From Nitrosopumilus sp. (GTDB lineage: Archaea > Thermoproteota > Nitrososphaeria > Nitrososphaerales > Nitrosopumilaceae): a DNA stretch of 64,000 nt. The notes under the pieces are model-generated. The model did not search any database and was not told the DNA's origin. It was given only the letters and a program-made list of their open reading frames with translations. Within the stretch, counting starts at the first letter, position 1; each line of letters begins with the position of its first letter. The stretch lies in contig OZ250186.1 of assembly GCA_965238275.1 (NCBI GenBank), positions 1,792,001 through 1,856,000 of the forward strand, in the 5' to 3' direction. Below are positions 50,566 through 61,127 of this stretch, in pieces. Both the position numbers and the translations under genes were made by a program.

Positions 50566-52491
50566 TCATGCAAGATCCGTCCAGCACGGAATCTCATCGA
50601 GGACCTGCGGATTCTCAAGGGACGACAGGTCGCCGAGGTCCTGTGCAAGCAGTTTTGAGCGCAGCGCGCGCCTTAGTATCTTCCCGGTTCGGGTTCGCGG
50701 CAGATCAGAGACTTGTATGACCATCCGCGGTCTTGCAATCTTGCCGATTCGGCGTGCCACCATGTCTGCAATCTCTGTCTCCAGTCCATCTTCTGCCACA
50801 ACAAACACCACTACTGCCTGGCCGGTCAGTTTATCGGGTACGGCAACGGATGCCACATCAGAGACCCCCGGATGCGACAGTGCAGAATCCTCTATCTCTG
50901 CAGTGCTCATCCGGTGCCCTGAGACGTTTATGACATCGTCTGCCCTTCCGCGCATGTACCACAGGCCGTCCCCGTCCACAAGGACATAGTCGCCATGAAA
51001 CCAGACATCCTTAAACCTGGACCAGTAGGTCTTGATGTACCGCGAGTCGTCATGGAGCAGGCCCCGAGTCATTGCAGGCCACGGGGATTTGATCACAAGG
51101 TATCCGTTTTTGCCCCTGACCGGTTCTCCCTGCTCGTCCACCGAGTCAAGGCTCATGCCTGGTATCGGGATGCCCACCGTGGACGGCTTGATGCGCATTC
51201 CCGGAAGGACAGACAGCATCGCGCCGCCAATCTCGGTTCCCCCGGACAGGTTCACTATCGGGATCTGCCTTCTCCCCACCCTCTCAAAGAGCCACCACCA
51301 CGAGTCCTCGTCCAGCGGCTCCCCGGTTGTGGCAATGACTCTCAGATGGTCCAGTTTGGGCGGCGACGGCTGCACGTTGCTGCGCCTGATCATCCTGGCT
51401 GCCGTGGGCGATGTCCCAAATATGGTTGCCTGCGTACTGGAGAGTATCTGCCATGTCCTTCCGGCGTCAGGAAAGTCCAGGGCGCCGTCGTAGATTACGG
51501 CAGATGCGCCGGTCAGCAAAAGTCCGTAGACGTTCCATACTAGGCCCGTAATCCAGCCGATGTCAGCAGGCCAGAAGAGGGTGTCGGTTCTGTGCATGTC
51601 AGTCAGGTACGCGGACTGGTAGCCTGCAAAGACTGAAAACCCCCCGTGCGTGTGAACCACGCCCTTGGGTCTTCCGGTGGTGCCCGAGGTGTACAGGATG
51701 AATAGCGGGTCCTCAGAGTCCATGCTCTGAGTGGGGCACCTGCCCCCTCCCTGCGACGAGATCAGATTACCATAGGGCGTCACTCCGTCTGAGGGTGCGT
51801 ACCTGTCAACTCCCATGTACGGCACCACGATGATCCTCTCCACTGCGGTATTCCGGACTGACTGCATGACGGTATCTTTTGCAGATACCGGTCTTCCCCT
51901 CCTCTGAAAGCCGTCGCACACAAAGAGCACCTTGGCATTGCAGTCACAGAGCCGTACGTGAAGGGATTCGGCGCCATACCCCAAAAATATGGCAGTCTGG
52001 ACTGCGCCGATCTTGGCAGATGCGAGGATCGCCAGTATCGCCTCGGGGATCATCGGCATGTATACGGCAACCACGTCGCCTGGCCCCACCCCGATACCGC
52101 GCAGGCCGTTTGCAAGGGCGGATGCCTTCCTGTCCAGTTCGGCATATGTCAGTCCAGACGACATGCCGTTTTCTGAGACGAATGTGTATGCGGTACTTTG
52201 AGGATTCGACTGCGCAAACCTCTCAACGGAGGAGCAGTATATGTTGGTCCTGCCCCCTACAAACCAACGGGACCACATGATTCCCTTGGAGGAGTCAAGT
52301 ATCTCAGAGTATGGAGCATCCCAGACTATCCCGATATCCTGGCCTACTGCCTCCCAGAACCACTCGGGGTTACCTGCAGCCATGGCAGACAGATCCTCCA
52401 AATTTGATATTCCGTGCCTCTGCATGAATCCGAACATGTTGGATTCGGCAGTCTGCTTTGGGGTCGGGGTAAACTCAAAGCCGGTCAACAA
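50566..52491 (-). CDS. Acetyl-CoA synthetase-like AMP-forming acyl-CoA ligase
   Basis: YTSGTTGRPKG, SGGTE, GRADDVINVSGHR and LPRTRTGKI motifs. Confidence 0.92.
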   Translation of the reverse strand: MLTGFEFTPTPKQTAESNMFGFMQRHGISNLEDLSAMAAGNPEWFWEAVGQDIGIVWDAPYSEILDSSKGIMWSRWFVGGRTNIYCSSVERFAQSNPQSTAYTFVSENGMSSGLTYAELDRKASALANGLRGIGVGPGDVVAVYMPMIPEAILAILASAKIGAVQTAIFLGYGAESLHVRLCDCNAKVLFVCDGFQRRGRPVSAKDTVMQSVRNTAVERIIVVPYMGVDRYAPSDGVTPYGNLISSQGGGRCPTQSMDSEDPLFILYTSGTTGRPKGVVHTHGGFSVFAGYQSAYLTDMHRTDTLFWPADIGWITGLVWNVYGLLLTGASAVIYDGALDFPDAGRTWQILSSTQATIFGTSPTAARMIRRSNVQPSPPKLDHLRVIATTGEPLDEDSWWWLFERVGRRQIPIVNLSGGTEIGGAMLSVLPGMRIKPSTVGIPIPGMSLDSVDEQGEPVRGKNGYLVIKSPWPAMTRGLLHDDSRYIKTYWSRFKDVWFHGDYVLVDGDGLWYMRGRADDVINVSGHRMSTAEIEDSALSHPGVSDVASVAVPDKLTGQAVVVFVVAEDGLETEIADMVARRIGKIARPRMVIQVSDLPRTRTGKILRRALRSKLLAQDLGDLSSLENPQVLDEIPCWTDLA

Positions 52492-52750
52492 TCCAACCGG
52501 GGATGCAATCTAAAAAGACCTTTCGGACTTTTTCAAGTATTGTCCAGGTCTATGCAGGTACGGAGCAAAATTCTCATCAGCCTGCATGTCTTTGCATTTT
52601 TGTGGTAAACGGATGCTTTGGACACTCCGGATAACGCTCCAAGCCATACAAGATTGCCTCGGTTCAGCATGCCAAGGCAAACCACTTTTGGGGCACGCAT
52701 ATGTCAGTAATCAACGAAATATTTAAATAAAAACAATATATCATTATAGC

Positions 52751-53380
52751 ATGGACTATTTAAAGAAAAACAATATGATTGTCAATAGTGAAAGAAAGAG
52801 TGCAATCAAATCAAGACTTGCACGAGTGCTGCTAAACCATCCTGAGGGACACCTAACAAAATACAGAGTTGCCCAGCTGTCTAAAAATAAGTATCCATGG
52901 ACACATCAAGTTCTAAAAACTTTAGAAGAACAGGAAATTGTGAAAGGAACAAAGGTTTTAAAGTTTCAAATCCTGTTCAAGCTATGGATGAAATGGGAAT
53001 TACCGTACAAAACCATGAGCTATCTAATAAAAGATCCAGTAGAGTTGTTAATGAAAACAAAATTAAAATATGCATTGACGACATATCAGGCAGAGAATTT
53101 AATACAGAATTATCTATTCCCAACTAGAATTGATTTTCATATTAGGCCAGACGACAAAATTAAATGGCACAAACTACTGGCAAAGAATGGATTAGTCGGT
53201 GCAGGAAACACTAGGATAATAATTTCCAACGAACACGTATTCTATAATTCATTTAGGAGGGATGAACTGGATGTATCCTCGGTTCCACAAATAATTTTTG
53301 ATCTCTATAACGAAGGTGGGGTATGTATCGAAGCCGGTGAAATGTTAACGGACAAGGTGATAATGAATGCTATATCATGA
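52751..53380 (+). CDS. HTH protein resembling an AbiEi-type antitoxin; AT-rich
   Basis: N-terminal HTH; YALTTY.AE, IDFHI and QIIFDLYNEGG motifs; visibly more AT-rich than its neighbours. Confidence 0.65.
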   Translation: MDYLKKNNMIVNSERKSAIKSRLARVLLNHPEGHLTKYRVAQLSKNKYPWTHQVLKTLEEQEIVKGTKVLKFQILFKLWMKWELPYKTMSYLIKDPVELLMKTKLKYALTTYQAENLIQNYLFPTRIDFHIRPDDKIKWHKLLAKNGLVGAGNTRIIISNEHVFYNSFRRDELDVSSVPQIIFDLYNEGGVCIEAGEMLTDKVIMNAIS

Positions 53381-53564
53381 GTACGAAACCAGCGTATCAA
53401 AAAACAATCTATCATCACGGGATCAGGATACGGAATACGTCTAAAGGTCATGCCGAATTGTGTAACATCCGGAAAACCGTGTGCCTGTCAGCCTGTTCCA
53501 AGCCTGTCAGGGCATGTGTCAATCTTGAGATTCCGGCAAACTCGAGGGTCTAAACATCTGGATA

Positions 53565-54977
53565 TCACCCGGATGATTCCTGAATCTTTCTTCTGAGCAG
53601 CTCCAGGGTCTTCTCCGGATCCGCCTTGCCCCTTGTCTTTTTCATGACCATGCCCACCAGGTAGTGGATGGTCTTGGGGTTTGAGGCTGCCTGCTCCACT
53701 GCCGCTGCCTCCTCGGATATCACCTCGGATACCACCTTGATTAATGCCGACTCGTCAGAGACCCCCTCCAGATCAAGATCCCGGATCACGTCAGGCAGTC
53801 TCTTTCCGGTCCGGACAATCTCGTACAGTGCGTTCTTTGCAGAGCTTCGCGAGATTCTCCCCGACAGGACAGAGTCTGCCAGGTCCCGCAGGTGTGATGC
53901 AGTGACCAGCGAGGAGTCCCTCTTCTCCCTTGTATCGACCACCCCCATCAGATCACTGGTAATCATGTTTGCCACCTCCTTTGCATTGGAGTCCGTATGC
54001 GCCTCCTCAAAGAGATCAGAGTAGTACCGGTCAGACGAGAGGATCTCTGCAACCTGTCCTGCAATGCCGTACCTTGATACGTACCGCTCCCGCCTGGAAC
54101 TGACGCTTTCGGGCATCTTGGATCTCAGACCCTCCAGCATGTCATCATCCATCCTCACCCAAGGAATGTCCCCCTCCAGGATATACCGGTAGTCAGATTC
54201 GGTCTCCTTGGAGCGGGACGGGATTGTAATCTTTCTCTGGTTGTCCCAGTGGCGCGTCTCCTGGATTACCCTTATGCCCCGCGAGTGCAGGCTCTCCTGC
54301 CGCGTAATCTCAAAATGGACCGCCTTTTCCAGATCGTGAAACGAGCCGATGTTTTTTATCTCCACCTTGTTTCCCCCCTGGATTGATACGTTGGCATCTG
54401 CCCTCATGGCCCCCTCGAGGCCCGGATCAGAGACCTTGAGGTTCTCAAGCAGCACAGACAGGATGTTGAGGAACCCCCTGACCTGTCGGGGGTTCTCAAA
54501 GTCCGGCTCGGTGACGATCTCGACTAGGGGGGTGCCTGCACGGTTGTAGTCTACCAGGGTGGTTCTGTTCTTGGATGGCCCCTCGTAGATCAGCCGTCCG
54601 GGATCCTCCTCCAGCTGAACCCGGGTGATCCTGATCTTTTTGTCCCCCACCATGACGTGGCCCGCACCCCCGATGCTGGTATCCCCGTAGATGTTGAGCT
54701 GCGTTATCTGGAAGTTCTTTGGCAGGTCCGGGTAAAAGTAGTTCTTTCTAAAGAATGCAATCCTCTCAGGCATCCGGCAGTTCAGCGCCATTGCAATCAT
54801 TGTTGCCTGCCGGACCGCCTGGCCGTTGAGCCTGGGAAGGCTTCCGGGGATGCCTGCACAGACCAGGCATATGTTCTCGTTTATCTCCAGTCCCCGATAG
54901 TCGGCCCTGCACGTGCAGAACAGCTTGCTTTGCAGGCTTGTCAGCTGGCAGTGGATCTCCAGCCCTATCATGGTCAT
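53565..54977 (-). CDS. gatB: Asp/Glu-tRNA amidotransferase subunit B
   Basis: IGLEIHCQL, RKNYFYPDLPK and DYNRAGTPLVEIVTEP motifs. Confidence 0.96.
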   Translation of the reverse strand: MTMIGLEIHCQLTSLQSKLFCTCRADYRGLEINENICLVCAGIPGSLPRLNGQAVRQATMIAMALNCRMPERIAFFRKNYFYPDLPKNFQITQLNIYGDTSIGGAGHVMVGDKKIRITRVQLEEDPGRLIYEGPSKNRTTLVDYNRAGTPLVEIVTEPDFENPRQVRGFLNILSVLLENLKVSDPGLEGAMRADANVSIQGGNKVEIKNIGSFHDLEKAVHFEITRQESLHSRGIRVIQETRHWDNQRKITIPSRSKETESDYRYILEGDIPWVRMDDDMLEGLRSKMPESVSSRRERYVSRYGIAGQVAEILSSDRYYSDLFEEAHTDSNAKEVANMITSDLMGVVDTREKRDSSLVTASHLRDLADSVLSGRISRSSAKNALYEIVRTGKRLPDVIRDLDLEGVSDESALIKVVSEVISEEAAAVEQAASNPKTIHYLVGMVMKKTRGKADPEKTLELLRRKIQESSG

Positions 54978-56425
54978 ATCGGCGGCGCCTCCGGCAGGCT
55001 GACTGTCTGCTCCAATGCGCGTGCTGCCTGCAGCAGCATTTTATCCTGCATGGAGTCGGCCATCAGCTGCACCCCTATGGGAAGCCCGCCTGATACTGCA
55101 AACGGCACGGATACGGCAGGCTTGCCTGTGAGGTTTGCAGTCACGGTGTTAATGTCAACCAAAAACATGGAGACGGGATCGTCGATCTTCTCGCCGATCC
55201 TAAACGGCAGTACCGGGACGGTTGGTGCCATCAGCAGGTCATACCTCTTAAACGCCTCGTTGATCTCCCGTGTCAACCTGCTCTTGACCTTGAGGGCCTT
55301 GAGGAAGTACCTTCCCGCATGCCCTGCAGACGGGACGAACCCCCCGATGATCATCCTGCGGATTACCTCGGGGCCGAACCTCTGCCTTGCCTTTGAGATG
55401 TATGCGTTGAACTCGTAGCCGTCTGTCGGAAACGGATAGCCGTACCGCAGGTTGTCATACCGGGCAAGGTTGCTTCCGGCCTCGGCCGAAGTTATGGTGT
55501 AGTAGGCTGCAACCGAATACTTGACCATGTCCAGCGAGACCTCCTCGCATACGGCTCCAAGCCCCTCAAGTTTTGCAACGGCATCCCTTGTTGCAGACAG
55601 CACAGTGGGATCCGCGCCGTCGGAGGTCATCTCCCTGACTATCCCTATCCGTTTGCCCTCTATGCCTGTCTCTATTCCTTCCAGATACCCGGCATCTTTG
55701 CCATTATCCACCGTGGTGTCGTCGTTGGGATCAGAACCCGATATTATATCCAGCATGAATGCCGCATCGCTTACAGTCCTTGCCAGCGGGCCTATCTGCT
55801 CTATGCTGTTGGCGTAGGATATCAGGCCGAACCTGCTGACCAGCCCGTACGTGGGCTTGTATCCCACCACCGAGCAAAAGCTTGCCGGGTTTCTTACCGA
55901 GCCGCCCGTGTCAGAGCCCAGCGATGCGACGCACTCGAATGCGCCTACAGATACCGCGCTGCCCCCCGACGACCCGCCGGGGACAAATTCTGTATTCCAC
56001 GGATTCCTGCTTGCCCCAAACGCGCTAAACTCCGTTGTCAGGCCCATGGCAAACTCGTCGAGGTTTGTCTTGCCTACAAACACGGCATCTGCGGCCCTCA
56101 GCCGCGAGACCACCGTGGCGTCATACGGGGCCACAAAGTCCTCAAGCATCCTTGATGCACAGGTGGTTGTGCCGTCCCGGACGCATATGTTGTCCTTGAT
56201 GGATACGGGCATCCCGAAGCACGCCCCCACCTTCTCCCCTGCAGCCACCCTGCGGTCTACATCCCTTGCCGTCCCGACTGCATCGTCATTAATCGAGAGG
56301 AACGCGTGAAGGGTATCGTCAATTTTAGATATCCTCTCAAGGGTGGCTGCTGTAAAGTCCTCTGCAGATATGTTCCCGTTTTGCACGCCCCTGGCGTAGT
56401 CAAGGGCCGATATCCTCAGGTCCAT
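54974..56425 (-). CDS. gatA: Asp/Glu-tRNA amidotransferase subunit A
   Basis: Amidase signature GGSSGGS...GSDTGGSVR. Confidence 0.96.
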   Translation of the reverse strand: MDLRISALDYARGVQNGNISAEDFTAATLERISKIDDTLHAFLSINDDAVGTARDVDRRVAAGEKVGACFGMPVSIKDNICVRDGTTTCASRMLEDFVAPYDATVVSRLRAADAVFVGKTNLDEFAMGLTTEFSAFGASRNPWNTEFVPGGSSGGSAVSVGAFECVASLGSDTGGSVRNPASFCSVVGYKPTYGLVSRFGLISYANSIEQIGPLARTVSDAAFMLDIISGSDPNDDTTVDNGKDAGYLEGIETGIEGKRIGIVREMTSDGADPTVLSATRDAVAKLEGLGAVCEEVSLDMVKYSVAAYYTITSAEAGSNLARYDNLRYGYPFPTDGYEFNAYISKARQRFGPEVIRRMIIGGFVPSAGHAGRYFLKALKVKSRLTREINEAFKRYDLLMAPTVPVLPFRIGEKIDDPVSMFLVDINTVTANLTGKPAVSVPFAVSGGLPIGVQLMADSMQDKMLLQAARALEQTVSLPEAPPI

Positions 56426-56691
56426 CAGGACATCTTTGGCGCCCTGACGTAGGTCCCCTTGTAGTTGTTGAGTCTATTAATCAGCCTCTGATCGGATGCG
56501 ACATGGATGTCTTGGCGCAGGTCGGAGGCGGGAATCTCGCGCACGGTAATCTCCTCGTCCTCGACTCCCGCAGAGTCCAGTATGTCAAAATAGCCTATCA
56601 TCGACTCGACCTTGTCCACGTACTCGTCATACTCCTGTATGCCAATCTTCATCATCCCTGCAACAAGTTTTATCTCCTCGCGTGTAACCAT
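56425..56691 (-). CDS. gatC: Asp/Glu-tRNA amidotransferase subunit C
   Basis: Size and position; LRQD and YVRAPK motifs. Confidence 0.88.
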   Translation of the reverse strand: MVTREEIKLVAGMMKIGIQEYDEYVDKVESMIGYFDILDSAGVEDEEITVREIPASDLRQDIHVASDQRLINRLNNYKGTYVRAPKMS

Positions 56692-56701
56692 GCCCCATCA
56701 C

Positions 56702-58009
56702 CTACGGCATCAGCCGGTCCACATCACGCGGATAGAACGTCGTGTCCCGTATGTTCTCCGTGCCCGTAACTGCCATCATCAATCTCTCAAGGCCGATTCC
56801 GCACCCGGCATGCGGGGGGACGCCATAGTCAAAGGCTGCAAGATGGTACTCAAAAGAGTCCGGATCCATGCCCTTGATCTTCATCCTCTCCACAAGCTCG
56901 TCGCGCTTCTCGATCCTTGTGCTGCCAGACGACAGCTCCAAGCTGCCAAACATCAGATCAAAGGACTCGGAGGTCTCGGGGTTTTTGCCTGCCTTGACAT
57001 AAAACGGCTTGGGGCCAAGCGGCCAGTCCGTGATAAAGTAGAATCCCTCCAGGCCAATCTTGGCCAATCCCGACGGATACAGGTCATCGCCCCACTGGGT
57101 CTTTACTCCCGCCTGCTGCATCATCTCCAGCAGCTTGGCATAGGTGTACCTTGGAATGCTTTCTGGCACCTCCGGGACTGCAAACCCCGTATCCGGGTTC
57201 TCTGCTGCGTGGGAGGCGGCCGTGTCGACGGACGTTCTGACTATCCTGTCAATCCTGTCCATGACGTCGTTGTAGTCTACAAACGCCTCCTCCAGGTCCA
57301 CAGATATTGCCTCTGCAAGGTGCCTGTTGGTCCTTGAGGACTCGGCCCGGAATATGGGGCCAATCTCAAAGACCTTCTCAAAACTCATGGTAAGCTGCTC
57401 CTTGTACAGCTGCGGGCTCTGGGCCAGAAACGCCTCCTTGTCATAGTAGAATATCGGAAACAGCGCGGATCCGCCCTCGGTGGCGCTGGCAATCATCTTT
57501 GGCGTGTTGATCTCGGTGAATGACTCCCCGGTAAAATATCCCCGGATGGACGCAAGTATGCTGCTTCGGACACGGAATATGTGCTGGAGCGGCATGCGCC
57601 TGAGATCGATGGACCGGACCTCCAACCGGGTCTCGATGTTCTTTACGGTCCGCGCCAGCGGATCAAACGGAGGGGTCTTTTGCACCTCGGAGAATATCCT
57701 CAGCTCGGACGGGACTATCTCAAATCCGCTCGGGGTCTTCTGTGATGCCTTTATCCTACCGGTGACTGCCACAGAGGAGTGTGCCTTGAGTGAGGAGAAC
57801 TTTTCACGGATCTCATCAGGGCACTCCCCCTTCTTTGCCACAACAAAGAGATCGCCGTTCTTGTCGCGCATGGTGGCAAAACTGATGTTTCCGTGTCCCC
57901 GCACCGTCAGGATCCATCCCATGACGGTAACCGTGCGGCCGTCGTCGGTGCCTGACAGGTCGTCAGAATAATGTGTCCTGCGCAACTCCCCTAGTTCGGT
58001 ATCAATCAT
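56702..58009 (-). CDS. aspS: Aspartate-tRNA(Asp/Asn) ligase
   Basis: LAQSPQLYK, FRAE and PPHAGCGIGLERL motifs; in an operon with gatCAB. Confidence 0.96.
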   Translation of the reverse strand: MIDTELGELRRTHYSDDLSGTDDGRTVTVMGWILTVRGHGNISFATMRDKNGDLFVVAKKGECPDEIREKFSSLKAHSSVAVTGRIKASQKTPSGFEIVPSELRIFSEVQKTPPFDPLARTVKNIETRLEVRSIDLRRMPLQHIFRVRSSILASIRGYFTGESFTEINTPKMIASATEGGSALFPIFYYDKEAFLAQSPQLYKEQLTMSFEKVFEIGPIFRAESSRTNRHLAEAISVDLEEAFVDYNDVMDRIDRIVRTSVDTAASHAAENPDTGFAVPEVPESIPRYTYAKLLEMMQQAGVKTQWGDDLYPSGLAKIGLEGFYFITDWPLGPKPFYVKAGKNPETSESFDLMFGSLELSSGSTRIEKRDELVERMKIKGMDPDSFEYHLAAFDYGVPPHAGCGIGLERLMMAVTGTENIRDTTFYPRDVDRLMP

Positions 58010-58143
58010 AATTTACATACCCACCATCCAACGGTGTAATTAATTTTTAGGCTCCGACAGATCTCGATAAGTCAACAGAGCCCATACCCCCCATAATGCT
58101 TATAGTAAGTATCATTCGAGTTCAAGGCAAGTTGGACATTCTA

Positions 58144-58314
58144 ATGGGCCTTGTCATAGTAGCCATTATAGTCACTGCAGGCTATATCGGGTATCATGCA
58201 TCGCAGGAAACTGAGGTAGTCGAGGAGCATGGCATTGCCATCCTGCCAGAAGCACTAGAGGGTGCACCATCCGTCCACGCCCTTCAAGAGATAGTGATTC
58301 CTGCAAGGCTATAG
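58144..58314 (+). CDS. Small single-TM hypothetical protein
   Basis: MGLVIVAIIVTAGYIGYH; start uncertain. Confidence 0.5.
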   Translation: MGLVIVAIIVTAGYIGYHASQETEVVEEHGIAILPEALEGAPSVHALQEIVIPARL

Positions 58315-58467
58315 CCAAGACACGCAATTTGGCCAAATCGTATCCGCCCGGATGGCAGTTCCGGGCATACAAGACGGATGCAAAAATTTGAAGACCGAGG
58401 TCTCACACTTCCAAAAGGCGTTGCGCCAATCAGCACACAGCCATGTTGAGAGTTTTGGAATTCCAAG

Positions 58468-58773
58468 TCAGGCAAACTTTTCTGCGCGAAGCACGCCGGC
58501 ATCACTCACGTATAGGACCAGCGCAAAATTGGCAAACAGTGTCCGGGCAATCTCCTCTACAACATCGTGCAGCTTCTCCTCGTGCATCAGCGCCTCGATT
58601 TTGACGTTTTTTTCGTCCTTCAGTCCCCGGCCGCGCAGGCCGCGCGTGCCGCTCCCGCCGACCTCGTATGTCGTGTATCCGGATACATTGTGTCTTCCCA
58701 GAATGTCAATGACGTTCTTTTGAACAAGAATCTCGCAGGTGACTGTAAGAAGTTTTACGTTGTAGAATTTCAT
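58468..58773 (-). CDS. sbtB: PII-like regulator SbtB
   Basis: KLLTVTCE, SGYT, GSGTRG and NVKIE motifs; lies downstream of sbtA. Confidence 0.88.
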   Translation of the reverse strand: MKFYNVKLLTVTCEILVQKNVIDILGRHNVSGYTTYEVGGSGTRGLRGRGLKDEKNVKIEALMHEEKLHDVVEEIARTLFANFALVLYVSDAGVLRAEKFA

Positions 58774-58781
58774 GTTCAGGC

Positions 58782-59858
58782 TTATGGAATGAAATTGAAT
58801 AAGTCTATCGATTCCGGGCTGTGGGTGAACGACGATATGGCAAACATGACGGGAAGCAGCACGATGATGTTGTACGGGAACGTGATTCCCAGCGCGGACG
58901 TTATGTACAGACTGGGCTTTGCCTGCGGGATGGCGTGGCGCAGCACCGCAGGGGCTGCAATGAACGATGCGCTTGCAAGCAGCAGCCCGAACATCACAGA
59001 GCCCCCCAGGCTCAGCCCGAGCGCGGTGGCGACAAATACGCCCACGATTCCGTTGAACGTGGGCATGAGTATCGCAAAGGAGATCAGAAACGGCCCGACC
59101 TTTTTTATGTCGTCCAGTCGCTGGCCGGCAATTATTCCCATCTCTATTAGAAATATGGCAATCGCGCCTGTAAACAGCTCGTCAAAGACTATGCTGATGG
59201 ACTCAAACCCCTCCTCCCCTATCAGATATCCAATGATGATTCCGCCAAGCAGTATCACGATTGCCTTGCCGGTAAGGGACTCGTGCAGAACGTGCCTGAT
59301 GCCGGTCCTGCCCTGTACAACCCCCATATCAAATTCAGCATCAGCATCGCCAAGCTGCCCGGCAGACATCTTTTTTGTCTTGATCTGTTTTGAGACTGCC
59401 ATGTTTGTAAGAAATATTGCCAGGATGAATGCCACAGGCTCCAGTACTGCAAGTATTGCTGCAAGATACCCTTCGGATCCCACACCCTGATTGTTTAAAA
59501 ATGAGATTCCGACGGAGAACGTGACAGCGCCCACGGCACCATATGTGGATGCAAGGGCATACGCATCAAACAGGTTGAATTTTCCAAGATGTTTCAGGAT
59601 TTGGTAGTGGTTGAGCGTGAATAGCAGCGACAGTGCAACTGCGACAGCCATCGGAAGCAGCATCTGCTCAAACCCGGTGGAGCGCATCTCCAACCCCCCG
59701 TGCAGGCCAATTGCCGCCAGAAGATAGATTGGGAGAAATTCGGATATCGCATCAGGCATCCTCAGGTCGGACTTGATTCGTGCAGCAACGATTCCCAGTA
59801 TGAAAAACAGCACGATTGGAGTCAGGAGGTTTGCCTGAATCAGTTCCAGAATATCCAT
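58782..59858 (-). CDS. sbtA: Sodium-dependent bicarbonate transporter SbtA (DUF897)
   Basis: KSDL, YLLAAIGLHGG, YGAVGAVTF, SASFIAAPA and LGITFPYNI motifs; start MDILELIQ at 59858. Confidence 0.92.
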   Translation of the reverse strand: MDILELIQANLLTPIVLFFILGIVAARIKSDLRMPDAISEFLPIYLLAAIGLHGGLEMRSTGFEQMLLPMAVAVALSLLFTLNHYQILKHLGKFNLFDAYALASTYGAVGAVTFSVGISFLNNQGVGSEGYLAAILAVLEPVAFILAIFLTNMAVSKQIKTKKMSAGQLGDADAEFDMGVVQGRTGIRHVLHESLTGKAIVILLGGIIIGYLIGEEGFESISIVFDELFTGAIAIFLIEMGIIAGQRLDDIKKVGPFLISFAILMPTFNGIVGVFVATALGLSLGGSVMFGLLLASASFIAAPAVLRHAIPQAKPSLYITSALGITFPYNIIVLLPVMFAISSFTHSPESIDLFNFIP

Positions 59859-59970
59859 TTGATGATTCAGGGGTTTTGAAGAGGGATAAAAACCAAGATA
59901 GTGTGCACCCACGTTTGGACCAGCAGCAGCAGCAACAGCACGAGCTGGGAGGAGTGCATGTTCTGGAGGG

Positions 59971-60480
59971 CTAACGCAAATTCCGGTACAACAAATCCAC
60001 ATCTCGACGAATCAGGGATGCCTTAAACTGATCCGTGATCTGTCCAATCACACTCCAGTCAATATCTGAGTACCTCCGTCTGGCTATGCTGACAAGATCC
60101 TCTATGTCTTGTTCGCGATTTGCAGTGTATTTTGCCACTATCAAGGACTCCAAGCCTAGCGTGCGCAGGGCGCGTTTGGAACCGACGGCACACTCTGCTG
60201 CATTCCTGACTATCCAGTCATGGGAGACGCCTGGAATGTCTCCAGAATATATGTCGATTTTAATGTCTCTGGGAGTAGACCACGGCTGCTTTCTGGCAGT
60301 CGTTTTCTTGTATCCCTTGGTAATCAGTTCGTCGTCAGGAATGTTTCGCTCTACGACAAAATCTATGTCACGGGAATCCCGTCCCTCATTGGTGTGCAGG
60401 TGTACTGCCAAGGCACCGATGAATATGACATTACCCAGCTCTTGGGTTATCATTAGTGCTTCCCTAGACAGACCGTTCAA
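59971..60480 (-). CDS. Nucleotidyltransferase (AbiEii/DUF6036-like), putative toxin
   Basis: FIGALAV..H, RDSRDIDF and LIVAK...REQDIED motifs. Confidence 0.75.
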   Translation of the reverse strand: MNGLSREALMITQELGNVIFIGALAVHLHTNEGRDSRDIDFVVERNIPDDELITKGYKKTTARKQPWSTPRDIKIDIYSGDIPGVSHDWIVRNAAECAVGSKRALRTLGLESLIVAKYTANREQDIEDLVSIARRRYSDIDWSVIGQITDQFKASLIRRDVDLLYRNLR

Positions 60481-61127
60481 ATCATGTCGTCCTGCACCTT
60501 CAGAACATTGCCGATATCAAACTTGCCGTTGACACTCAGCATGTCGCCGTATTTTATCCCAATTGCAATGGCATCCAAGATGCTCCTTCCCCCCTTTGCG
60601 ATGCAGTCTAGGTACACCTGCTCTACCGTATCCTTGGTGGCAGGCTGCTTCTGCAGCAGTACCACGTGCCCACGGGATCCTTGACTAAAGCGGTTTTTCT
60701 TTAAAAATCTTGATGTCTCCAGAATATCATCCACATAAACATAGAGATCATTGGGCACCTGATACTTGGTCAGATCCCAGCAACGGTGGTCTAGGGTCAC
60801 AATAGCATTTTTGGGCAGTTTGCCCTTGAAGAAGGAGATGTCCGACGCGCGGTACTTTCGTCCAAACCTTATCGCGCCTTTAAGCGCGATCAGTGATGGT
60901 AAAAGGTGCTCCAGCACATACATCGGTTGTCTTGCGGTCCGACTGATCTGGAACCTGCCCCTAGATAGCGTGGCCAGGCCGTACTCCTTTAGAGTGTTAA
61001 TCCTCCGGTATGCTGTAGGGACAGAACCCGCAATGGCTGCCGCGTCCTTTATGGTGTGGGAGATTTGAAGCGGCATGCTTGAGGCAAAGGCATGTCCTTG
61101 CGACAGTCCCGATGATCGAACTTGCAT
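60477..61127 (-). CDS. wHTH protein resembling an AbiEi-type antitoxin
   Basis: TAYRRINTLKEYGL HTH; DLYVYV and QVYLDCIAKGGR motifs; 4-bp overlap with the nucleotidyltransferase; TTTATAAA box upstream. Confidence 0.65.
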   Translation of the reverse strand: MQVRSSGLSQGHAFASSMPLQISHTIKDAAAIAGSVPTAYRRINTLKEYGLATLSRGRFQISRTARQPMYVLEHLLPSLIALKGAIRFGRKYRASDISFFKGKLPKNAIVTLDHRCWDLTKYQVPNDLYVYVDDILETSRFLKKNRFSQGSRGHVVLLQKQPATKDTVEQVYLDCIAKGGRSILDAIAIGIKYGDMLSVNGKFDIGNVLKVQDDMI

